Source of the DNA: a virus
Lineage: Duplodnaviria; Caudoviricetes
Length of the DNA stretch: 36,633 nucleotides
Strand: one strand, 5' to 3'
IMG/VR virus record: IMGVR_UViG_3300021962_000290
Coordinates: 1-36,633 of that record
Every line of letters starts with the position of its first letter. The first letter of the stretch is position 1. Both the position numbers and the translations under genes were made by a program. Under the pieces are notes generated by a model. The model was given only the letters and a program-made list of their open reading frames with translations. It was not told the DNA's origin and made no database searches. Positions 1 to 7,696 of this stretch are shown piece by piece.

Positions 1-358
1 GGCCTGTAAGCTGAATACAGCCACGACCACGGAAACGATAACCATCACCGGATGCCTCGTCACGGTTACCCATGCGGTTGGCGTAAACCATGTTGGCAAT
101 CTTCTTAGGGTTTCCAGCATACTGATCTGCTATCTCTTGAGTCGGGAATCGTTTGGGCCACAGCTTCATCAGCGTTGCGGCTCGGTAGTTTAGGTTCTCT
201 TGCAGGACTTTGAAGTGCCCACACTCGTGACCACACTGACCAATGAATGCGGCCTGTTGTCTGGGGCTGTTGATGTTGAACTTGGCAAACGTAGAGTTCA
301 GCGCGTCAACCCACTCAGCACCAATGTGAAGTCTCTGGAGTTGTTCAGCGTTTACCAT
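1..358 (-). CDS. GH19 endolysin, 5' part (runs off the window edge)
   Basis: ATG at 358; MVNAEQLQRLHIG... nearly identical to 35611..36210. Confidence 0.9.
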   Translation of the reverse strand, partial: MVNAEQLQRLHIGAEWVDALNSTFAKFNINSPRQQAAFIGQCGHECGHFKVLQENLNYRAATLMKLWPKRFPTQEIADQYAGNPKKIANMVYANRMGNRDEASGDGYRFRGRGCIQLTG

Positions 359-851
359 TCAACTGCTCCCTCACTTTGTTGTAGCTGTCGATGCAGGCGT
401 TGAGTTGGTTAATGTGCCTGTCGGCTTCTGCAATGAGGGCGGCGATTGCTGCGAGGGTTTCTCGCTCGGAATCAGAAGGTTGGTCAGGCGCTCTGTCAGG
501 TTGGCTTGGCGCTTGGTTCCGATCTCCGGTGGCAGGGGCGGGACTTGCGGGGGTTGGTACACAACTGGTGGCGGGTTGCGAGACGCGCACCCTGCCAGCA
601 CGAATAGCACGATCAAGAGCAGTTTGTTTTTCAGTGATTGCATTGTTAGCCTCCGCTAGTTTAGATGCGTTTGCATTGATTTCCTCGTTCAGCTTGATCT
701 CGGTTGCCCTGGACTCTGCGTTCTTGGCAGCAATCTCAGCCTGCATTTCCTGATCACGCTTGCTCCACCCGGCAGAGTGACCGTACCAGTAAACCCCGGT
801 CACCACGGCAATGGCTCCAAGAATCATCCAAGGGTTGGGTAGACGGATCAT
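345..851 (-). CDS. Rz: Rz-like inner-membrane spanin
   Basis: N-terminal TM helix, coiled coil, directly upstream of endolysin, contains embedded lipoprotein ORF. Confidence 0.85.
   Translation of the reverse strand: MIRLPNPWMILGAIAVVTGVYWYGHSAGWSKRDQEMQAEIAAKNAESRATEIKLNEEINANASKLAEANNAITEKQTALDRAIRAGRVRVSQPATSCVPTPASPAPATGDRNQAPSQPDRAPDQPSDSERETLAAIAALIAEADRHINQLNACIDSYNKVREQLNGKR
371..643 (-). CDS. Rz1: Rz1-like outer-membrane spanin lipoprotein embedded in Rz
   Basis: Alternate frame inside Rz; signal peptide with lipobox LAGC and Pro-rich mature region. Confidence 0.85.
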   Translation of the reverse strand: MQSLKNKLLLIVLFVLAGCASRNPPPVVYQPPQVPPLPPEIGTKRQANLTERLTNLLIPSEKPSQQSPPSLQKPTGTLTNSTPASTATTK

Positions 852-1366
852 GTGCCAGCCTCCAGTCTTGCAGCGGCAATGCGCTCACGATATTGGTCAG
901 ACTCCATGTGTTCAGGTGGAGTGCTAGGCGGGGGAGGAGGAGTCCAAGACTCATCCAGTTCGGGATTGATAAAGACTGGCATCGCACCCATTGCATTACC
1001 AAACAAGCCGCCAGTCACGGCTTGCTGGAGAGGGGGTTGGGGCGCTCCTGTAGGTGCAGGTGCAGGCGGTGCTGGAGGTGGAGCAGAAGGTGTACCCAGA
1101 CTGCCCACCGCCCCTACTGCTCGCTTGGTCATCACGCCACCAATGCCACCCACGATCAGCAGAACGATGTCGTTCAGCATCTTCAGGTAACCCTGGTCGA
1201 TAGGGGCCATGCTCTTGATTGGCTGAGTCACAAAGGTCACGCTGTACAGCATGAAGAACACAATGCCAGCCAGGATCACGGTCACGATCCCGACGACAAA
1301 TGCCCAGACTCTGACCTCAATTTCCGCTGGTGTTAGCGGGGTTGGGTTGGGGTTGTTGTTGCTCAA
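848..1366 (-). CDS. Two-TM membrane protein with Pro-rich C-terminal tail (holin-like)
   Basis: Likely TTG start at 1366 with GGAG upstream; TM segments VWAFVVGIVTVILAGIVFFML and IVLLIVGGIGGVM; stop overlaps Rz start. Confidence 0.7.
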   Translation of the reverse strand: MSNNNPNPTPLTPAEIEVRVWAFVVGIVTVILAGIVFFMLYSVTFVTQPIKSMAPIDQGYLKMLNDIVLLIVGGIGGVMTKRAVGAVGSLGTPSAPPPAPPAPAPTGAPQPPLQQAVTGGLFGNAMGAMPVFINPELDESWTPPPPPSTPPEHMESDQYRERIAAARLEAGT

Positions 1367-1541
1367 TTTTCTTCTCCAAGATAGGGGCAACCAGGTACTC
1401 AGGACAGGTCTGCGTGAACAGACATCGAGGCTTCTGACATTCAGGCAGGTTGAACTTGTCAGGGTTTTGGCAGGTGTATCTGTATCTGTCCTGGCATCCA
1501 ACCAGTACCAGCACAGCCAGCAACAGGAATCTCATGGGCAT
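1317..1541 (-). CDS. Small Cys-rich lipoprotein
   Basis: Signal peptide with lipobox LVGC, then four more Cys. Confidence 0.75.
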   Translation of the reverse strand: MPMRFLLLAVLVLVGCQDRYRYTCQNPDKFNLPECQKPRCLFTQTCPEYLVAPILEKKIEQQQPQPNPANTSGN

Positions 1542-1807
1542 TGAATCAGTCTCCCAACAATCTTTGCTTTCAGGATTTCATTCACATCACGTTCCTGCTT
1601 TAGTTTCAAACTGAGAATAACAACGCCAATGGTCATGCAAAGGATAATGGTCATGGTGATCAGAAGCCCAACCATGAGGGCAGTGCGTTCTGCTGATGCA
1701 ATCGGATCGTCCACAATATCCCCCACAGTTCGAGAGCGAGAACCAGAAACACCGCGAGTCCCATTAGGTTGTCTTTGATTGCGTTGCGGATTCTGTCTCG
1801 TCGCCAT
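1532..1807 (-). CDS. Hypothetical single-TM protein (start uncertain)
   Basis: Hydrophobic LMVGLLITMTIILCMTIGVVIL; fills the gap in the lysis cassette but overlaps the upstream gene. Confidence 0.5.
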   Translation of the reverse strand: MATRQNPQRNQRQPNGTRGVSGSRSRTVGDIVDDPIASAERTALMVGLLITMTIILCMTIGVVILSLKLKQERDVNEILKAKIVGRLIQCP

Positions 1808-2352
1808 CTGGCTTCTCTGTCTTTCACCAATTGTTTTCGCCTGGCCTCAGTCTGCTCCTCCAGTGTTTGCTCCCACATACTATTGAACCTGGTCCACAGA
1901 TCACCTAACTCCTGCGGAGTATTCCAGGTCATCTGTGTCCTGATTTCAGCGTGCATCTGTTCCAACCTTGATCTAATCAACACCCTGTTGAGAGCCATGC
2001 GTTTCAAAGAACCATCCTTGTCGTCATGTACCTCGTGAGCCTTTCGCTCCTGCTCGTGGAATGCTGCCTCAATCTTGTCCATCGAGTCAAAGAACTCACC
2101 CAACTGCTGGCCTATCTGTGAGATCACATCGCCAGGATCAGTGTGTGATGCGTCCTTGACTCGTTGCTTCTCCTCCTCGATCTGCTTTGCTTGCTCTTTG
2201 CTTACAGTCTTACCAGCAAACTGTTTGTCAATGTCCTTCAGTACGTCCTTGACGTTACCCGCTACACCCTTTACTTCTTTGTAAAGTTCGCAGGCTTTCT
2301 TGATCCCTTTGACAGCGGCAGATGCCGCCGCCATGATGGTGAAGGGGTCCAC
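1660..2352 (-). CDS. Hypothetical coiled-coil protein with C-terminal TM
   Basis: 230 aa ORF, GTG start, MDPFTIMAAASAAVKGIK N-terminus, C-terminal hydrophobic helix. Confidence 0.75.
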   Translation of the reverse strand: MDPFTIMAAASAAVKGIKKACELYKEVKGVAGNVKDVLKDIDKQFAGKTVSKEQAKQIEEEKQRVKDASHTDPGDVISQIGQQLGEFFDSMDKIEAAFHEQERKAHEVHDDKDGSLKRMALNRVLIRSRLEQMHAEIRTQMTWNTPQELGDLWTRFNSMWEQTLEEQTEARRKQLVKDREARWRRDRIRNAIKDNLMGLAVFLVLALELWGILWTIRLHQQNALPSWLGF

Positions 2353-2353
2353 A

Positions 2354-2518
2354 TCATCTGTGTATTGATGACCAAATAACGCCAGCCATTCCGCACAACA
2401 TCACACCAGCAGCCTTGATGATGATCCCTTCAAGTCGTTTCAAACGAGCATTGATCTGTTCGTAGCGGTGGGCACAAACAGCTTCATGCGTGTTCAACTT
2501 TGCTTCAATATCATTCAC
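2354..2518 (-). CDS. Small XhlA-like coiled-coil/TM lysis-associated protein
   Basis: GTG at 2518; HEAVCAHRYEQINARLKRLE followed by a TM helix. Confidence 0.65.
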   Translation of the reverse strand: MNDIEAKLNTHEAVCAHRYEQINARLKRLEGIIIKAAGVMLCGMAGVIWSSIHR

Positions 2519-2532
2519 GATAAACACCACTC

Positions 2533-3405
2533 TTAGAATGTGATTGAACCAGATGCGGTCCATCTGTAAATGCGGAATCCACCAGACACCGTGACGGTCG
2601 GTGAACCAGTCGTGGATACGGCTGCGGCATATAGATCAGGGTAACGGATGATTACGATGCCAGAACCTCCATTGCCGCCTGAATTTCCATAACCACCACC
2701 GCCACCACCACCGCCTGTATTGGCTGTTCCAGCAGTTCCATTAGTAGAACCAGAACCTGCGCCCCCGCCGCCAGCACCTCCAGCACCTCCGGCAGTTTGG
2801 TATCCACCACCACCACCTCCAGCATAAGCTGTGCGAGTTCCAGAAATATCTGATGCAATACCAGCACCTCCACTTCCGTTAACACTTGGCCCTCCGCTTA
2901 AACCAACAGTGCCTGCACCGCCACCGCCTCCACCACCGCTATTTACGCCACCAGAACTAGATGATCCACCACCAGCATTGCCTTGACCAGATGTCCCGGC
3001 AAAACCTGCCGACGAATATCCTGAACCAGACCACACAGCACCTCCTCCTGATCCACCAGAAGAAGTGCCGCCAAGACCACCGCCAAGAGAAACAATATTT
3101 CCAGTTGTTGCTCCAGAAGATGAGGCAATCAATACAGAATTACTACCACTTGAACTATTACCAGAACCACCAGCACCAACAGTAACCCACAATTGAAGTC
3201 CTGCTGTTATTCCAGTAAATCCTGCGCGTAAACCACCTGCTCCACCGCCACCACCATAACCACCGCCAGATGAACCATAACCGCCACCACCTCCAGCAAC
3301 GACTAGGTACTCTACGTTAGGCGTAACTGATCCAGGCCAGTTGCTTTGCTTAACGGCTTGTGACGCTTGTGACAGCGTGAACATCCCGCTGTACTGTGGA
3401 GGCAT
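2533..3405 (-). CDS. Glycine-rich domain virion/tail protein (paralogue 4)
   Basis: VEYLVVAGGGGG ... GGSGIVIIRYP ... WTASGSITF. Confidence 0.85.
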   Translation of the reverse strand: MPPQYSGMFTLSQASQAVKQSNWPGSVTPNVEYLVVAGGGGGYGSSGGGYGGGGGAGGLRAGFTGITAGLQLWVTVGAGGSGNSSSGSNSVLIASSSGATTGNIVSLGGGLGGTSSGGSGGGAVWSGSGYSSAGFAGTSGQGNAGGGSSSSGGVNSGGGGGGGAGTVGLSGGPSVNGSGGAGIASDISGTRTAYAGGGGGGYQTAGGAGGAGGGGAGSGSTNGTAGTANTGGGGGGGGYGNSGGNGGSGIVIIRYPDLYAAAVSTTGSPTVTVSGGFRIYRWTASGSITF

Positions 3406-3407
3406 GA

Positions 3408-3761
3408 TTATTCTCCTGCCTGAACTTCAACCCACGCAGTCGTGGCCTCATCCCACTGATATTGTTTTCCATCAGTAGGCATTGCAGTCGGAGCATTCCA
3501 CAGACAGGTGGACTCATTCAGAACCCAGGACGGATACGGCTTGGGAGGAATGAAAGCGTCACGAACTGAGTCGTAGGTAAAGCCAACACCTGCATAGTTC
3601 TTACGCAGAGGACGACCATCAGGATGCTGGCCTCCGTGAGTGTTGTACGAGGTTTGAATCCACTCTGCCGGGTTACCCCACAGACCAGTGTTCAATGTTT
3701 GTTGGTCGATCACAATGACCTGATCGACGATTCCATTTGTAACGTGAGCGAAATGTGCCAT
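3408..3761 (-). CDS. Tail-associated protein, possible fibre assembly chaperone
   Basis: MAHFAHVTNGIVDQVIV ... LRKNYAGVGFTYD ... YQWDEATTAW; GGAG RBS; lies among fibre genes. Confidence 0.75.
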   Translation of the reverse strand: MAHFAHVTNGIVDQVIVIDQQTLNTGLWGNPAEWIQTSYNTHGGQHPDGRPLRKNYAGVGFTYDSVRDAFIPPKPYPSWVLNESTCLWNAPTAMPTDGKQYQWDEATTAWVEVQAGE

Positions 3762-3770
3762 GTTGACTCC

Positions 3771-4652
3771 TTAGAAAGTGATAGAACCAGATGAGGTCCA
3801 GGTGTAGATTTGATACCCGCCAGCATAGCTGACTTGAGGGCTTCCAGTGGTTGCTGTTGGAGGGCTTGCAGTTGCAGGATAGCGGATGATTACGATGCCT
3901 GAACCGCCTGATCCCCCTGCGCCTGCACTTGCGCCGCCAGCGCCAGCGACTCCGCCACCGCCGGATCCTGTATTTGCTATTGCTGGACTACCGCTTAAAG
4001 TACCAGTGGTTCCTCCACTGCCATTGCCCCCACCAGCGACTCCTAACCCACCAATTGTTGCTCCAGATGCATAATATCCGCCTCCACCGCCTCCGGCATA
4101 TTGGATAGGACTTCCAGAGATTGTTGAATTTATCCCCGCCCCGCCATTTCCTGCGCCATTTGCACTTCCGTTAGTTCCAACAGAGCCTGCGCCACCCCCG
4201 CCTCCGCCGCCAAAAAGCGTACTGCCATTGCCTCCGCCAGAACCTCCGGCATTTCCTTGACCAGATGTTCCTGAACCGCCGGAAGCCGACCCAACACTAT
4301 TTCCCCCGCCTCCAGATCCACCAGATTGGCCAGTAGTCGCACCCGCTCCGCCCCCACCTGTAGCCGTTATTGAACTGAATACCGAGTTTGAACCACTTGT
4401 TGCCGCAGCAGCACTTCCTACCGCACTTCCAGCACCTCCGGCACCAACAGTTACTGTCAGCGCAGAACCAGAAGCTACAGCAAACGCAGCGGCTTGAAGA
4501 ACACCTCCTGCTCCCCCTCCACCGCCAGGTCCACCAGATGATCCTTGGTTTCCGCCACCACCCCCGGCGACAACAAGATACTCCACCGTAGCTGGAGCAC
4601 CAGCTAAGGGGTTAAAGGTTGCAGAGATCACGCCACCAAGTCTGTCACTCAT
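3771..4652 (-). CDS. Glycine-rich domain virion/tail protein (paralogue 3)
   Basis: Same motif set as 2533..3405. Confidence 0.85.
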   Translation of the reverse strand: MSDRLGGVISATFNPLAGAPATVEYLVVAGGGGGNQGSSGGPGGGGGAGGVLQAAAFAVASGSALTVTVGAGGAGSAVGSAAAATSGSNSVFSSITATGGGGAGATTGQSGGSGGGGNSVGSASGGSGTSGQGNAGGSGGGNGSTLFGGGGGGGAGSVGTNGSANGAGNGGAGINSTISGSPIQYAGGGGGGYYASGATIGGLGVAGGGNGSGGTTGTLSGSPAIANTGSGGGGVAGAGGASAGAGGSGGSGIVIIRYPATASPPTATTGSPQVSYAGGYQIYTWTSSGSITF

Positions 4653-4661
4653 ATTAAATCC

Positions 4662-6221
4662 TTAGAACGTGATTGATCCGCTAGATGTCCAGGTATACAC
4701 CCGGTTCTTGTAGCCAAGACCTGTCGAGAATGGGGATAGTTGGTTCCATGCAGGAGTTCCAGTCACAGAACTTATTGCGTAACTGTTGGTTGAACTGTCT
4801 GCAAGGAATGATCCAGAAACTGCGTTCAGCAGCAAAGAGGTTTGATTTCCAGTAATTGCAGAGATGTTTGTACCAGCAGCTTGAGTAGCTTGCAAAGGAG
4901 CCGTGGGTGCAGTAAAGTTTCCTGTGTAAACACACACACCTTTTGTTACACGCAAATTGCTCATGTAAAAAGCCCCAGTAGAACCTGGACTACTGCCATT
5001 ACCACCAACAGTTGGCCTACCAGACCCAACAAGATAGTTGTTTGAATCAGTATATGTGCTACCTGCTTGAGTACCATTGATATACATCTTTGTGCTTGTA
5101 CCTGTACGACAAACTGCAATGTGATACCAAGTTGAAGTATTCAATACATTTCCAGTAATTGCATCGGCAGAGTTTGTAAAGAAAAAAATTCTTCCAGTGC
5201 TTAAACAATATACTGTTGGATAAATTCCGTTTGTTGCATTTGGACGACAATCAAACAAAATAGGACCACCACCAAAAGAGGTGGCATAAATCCAAAATTC
5301 GATTGTGAAATCACCAGTACCAAAAGCAAAAGGAGTTTGAGCGTTGTAACTGAAATACGACGATCCATTAAAATACACGCTCCCAGACCCGCTTGTGCTT
5401 ACAGTCGGTGAACCTGTCGTAGATGTTGCGGCAGCATAGGTGTCTGGGTAAGAGATGATGACAATGCCAGAGCCTCCAGCACCACCTGCATAATGACTTG
5501 CGGCATATCCAGAACCGCCACCGCCGCCACCAGTATTAACTGAACCTGAAGTTGCCGTGGCTCCAACAGAACCTGCACCGCCTCCTCCCGCACCTCCTGC
5601 TCCAGCAGTTCCAGAAGAATAAACCCCTCCGCCGCCACCGCCCGAATAGGTCGTTCGTGTACCAGAGATGTCGGAGGCAATTCCAGCTCCTCCGTTACCT
5701 GCAACAGTGGTAGATGTGGCATTTAAACCTACCGTACCTGCGCCACCACCACCGCCGTTTGGAATGTTTAAAGCTGTTCCATATGCGTTTCCACCAACAT
5801 TTCCTTGTCCAAAAGTTCCTTGTCCCCCTAAAAGAGTTGAACTGCTAACAGAAGACCCTCCACCGCCAGAACCACCCGAAGCACCTGCATTATTTGCAGA
5901 ACCATATCCACCACCTAAAGAAGTTACAGAACCAAATACAGAATTATTTCCATTTGTCTGTGCAGAAGTTGAACTTGCAGAACCAGCAGTTCCACCAGAA
6001 CCAACAGTAACAGTAATAGCCGATCCAGCTACAACAGGAATGTTTCCCTGAAGAAATCCACCGGCTCCGCCGCCTGAACCGGACCCATTGGTATAAGACC
6101 CGCCACCGCCGCCACCTCCAGCGACAACAAGGTAGTTAACAGCAGGAGTCTTCTGACCAGTCCATGCTCTTTGCTGAATCGCACTAAGATGCTGCTTTAG
6201 ATTGAATAGTCCGTTAGGCAT
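4662..6221 (-). CDS. Glycine-rich domain protein with inserted LamG/concanavalin A-like lectin domain (paralogue 2)
   Basis: Gly-rich core plus GTGDFTIEFWIY, WYHIAVCR, MYING and YMSNLRVTKG motifs. Confidence 0.85.
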   Translation of the reverse strand: MPNGLFNLKQHLSAIQQRAWTGQKTPAVNYLVVAGGGGGGGSYTNGSGSGGGAGGFLQGNIPVVAGSAITVTVGSGGTAGSASSTSAQTNGNNSVFGSVTSLGGGYGSANNAGASGGSGGGGSSVSSSTLLGGQGTFGQGNVGGNAYGTALNIPNGGGGGAGTVGLNATSTTVAGNGGAGIASDISGTRTTYSGGGGGGVYSSGTAGAGGAGGGGAGSVGATATSGSVNTGGGGGGSGYAASHYAGGAGGSGIVIISYPDTYAAATSTTGSPTVSTSGSGSVYFNGSSYFSYNAQTPFAFGTGDFTIEFWIYATSFGGGPILFDCRPNATNGIYPTVYCLSTGRIFFFTNSADAITGNVLNTSTWYHIAVCRTGTSTKMYINGTQAGSTYTDSNNYLVGSGRPTVGGNGSSPGSTGAFYMSNLRVTKGVCVYTGNFTAPTAPLQATQAAGTNISAITGNQTSLLLNAVSGSFLADSSTNSYAISSVTGTPAWNQLSPFSTGLGYKNRVYTWTSSGSITF

Positions 6222-6229
6222 ACGTCACC

Positions 6230-7084
6230 TTAGAATGTGATTGATCCAGAACTCGTGAATACATACACGCGGTGTTGACCAGCAATGTATGTTCGTGGAG
6301 AACCTGTCGTGGATGATGCTGGTGCAAGATATGCTGGATAGCGAAGCACTACGATGCCAGAGCCGCCTGCTGCTCCTGGTTGAGATGTAGATGCTGTTAA
6401 ACCAGCACCAGCTCCGCCACCGCCACCAGTGTTTGCAAAACCTGTTGTAGCAGAAATGATTGCAGTTGAAAAACCAGCGCCACCGTTACCACCACCACCT
6501 GCACCATAGGAAACAAAATAACCAGCGCCTCCACCACCACCAGCATACTGGATTTGACTTCCTGTTATGGAAGAAACAACACCTGCTCCACCTGCTCCAC
6601 CTGCAACACTTGCCGCAATTGAAGCAACTCCAGCACTTCCTGCACCACCCCCACCGCCACCACCATAACCGCCTGCTGCCGTAGCACCACCAGCATTGCC
6701 TTGACCAGATGTTCCTGTGCCTGAAGATGCGCCGCCAGAACCTCCGGTTCCGCCAGTACCAGTGGAGTAATTACCATAACCACCACCAGTTGCAGTAATA
6801 CTTCCAAATACAGAATTTGAACCTGCTGTACCAGCACTACTGGCAGACGCACCACCAGCACCACCAGCGCCAACAGTAACTGTAATTGATGAACCTTGAG
6901 TTACCGCATAACCAAATGCAGTCAATAAACCGCCCGCTCCTCCTCCGCCACCAGAGTTACTGTTTGCATTAGCACTTGCGCCACCCCCTCCACCAGCGAC
7001 GACTAGATATTCGACCTGCGTGACAGGATTGCTGATTCCATCGAAACCAGCATTCTTAATTCCACCAGGATATTTCAAGGACAT
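6230..7084 (-). CDS. Glycine-rich domain virion/tail protein (paralogue 1)
   Basis: Same motif set; GGAGG RBS. Confidence 0.85.
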   Translation of the reverse strand: MSLKYPGGIKNAGFDGISNPVTQVEYLVVAGGGGGASANANSNSGGGGGAGGLLTAFGYAVTQGSSITVTVGAGGAGGASASSAGTAGSNSVFGSITATGGGYGNYSTGTGGTGGSGGASSGTGTSGQGNAGGATAAGGYGGGGGGGAGSAGVASIAASVAGGAGGAGVVSSITGSQIQYAGGGGGAGYFVSYGAGGGGNGGAGFSTAIISATTGFANTGGGGGAGAGLTASTSQPGAAGGSGIVVLRYPAYLAPASSTTGSPRTYIAGQHRVYVFTSSGSITF

Positions 7085-7096
7085 AGCGTCCTCCTA

Positions 7097-7468
7097 TCAG
7101 GTGATCGACTCGAACGAAGCAGTCAATTCGATTGCGCTACCAGTGCCAACAGTCACCACAACTGATTGAGCCTCGCCAACATAGAACGAAGTCGTCTTGT
7201 CAGCAATGATCAACGAGGAGTTAGGCGGAACAGAAATCTGGTAAGCAATACGGTATGCCGTACCACCGCCAGAGACTGCACTGTTGATCGACACCGTAAC
7301 TGCAACAGCAGAAGACGTAACATTCGATGCGACAATATTGCCGATCTTATTTACAGTTCCTGCTGACGGAGTTAGTGCAGTCCAGGTGGTTGCACTGGTC
7401 GTCGAAGGGATCAGATACGATGTGCTTCCATAGATGGAAGTGACGTTTACGATGTTAGGGTTTGCCAC
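7097..7468 (-). CDS. Small beta-rich virion/tail protein
   Basis: GTG start with AAGGAG RBS; Ser/Thr/Val-rich. Confidence 0.75.
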   Translation of the reverse strand: MANPNIVNVTSIYGSTSYLIPSTTSATTWTALTPSAGTVNKIGNIVASNVTSSAVAVTVSINSAVSGGGTAYRIAYQISVPPNSSLIIADKTTSFYVGEAQSVVVTVGTGSAIELTASFESIT

Positions 7469-7478
7469 GGTTTACTCC

Positions 7479-7685
7479 TTAGAATCCAAAAACAAGAGTC
7501 ATTGCAATTGCTTTACCAGTGGATGCCGAATTAGCTTCTTTTGCTAATGGAATACCACCAGCAGTTGAACCATCATGTACAACCACGGTTTTCTTGGTTG
7601 TATCAACGGTCACCTCTGCTAAAGCACCAGTGAATGATGAATGTTCTGCTGTGCTACCACGGCGCAGTTTTATTTGCGTTGCCAT
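7479..7685 (-). CDS. Stand-alone Mtd N-terminal-like fibre adaptor
   Basis: QIKLRRG...FTGALAEVTVDT...VVHDGSTAGGIPLA; C-terminal GKAIAMTLVFG. Confidence 0.7.
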   Translation of the reverse strand: MATQIKLRRGSTAEHSSFTGALAEVTVDTTKKTVVVHDGSTAGGIPLAKEANSASTGKAIAMTLVFGF

Positions 7686-7696
7686 CGTAATTCCCC

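Larger units (their letters stand above)
1..781. repeat. Terminal direct repeat, left copy (imperfect)
   Basis: Colinear with 35853..36633 at a constant offset of 35852, no indels, about 39 substitutions by manual count. Confidence 0.95.

Noticed and set aside
335-450. Divergent patch between the terminal copies as a DGR template/variable repeat pair
   Set aside because: Substitutions are not adenine-specific, are mostly synonymous, and no reverse transcriptase is encoded
2600-7000. CCACCACCG-type repeats as tandem repeats or a CRISPR array
   Set aside because: They are glycine codons on the minus strand, with no fixed repeat-spacer periodicity
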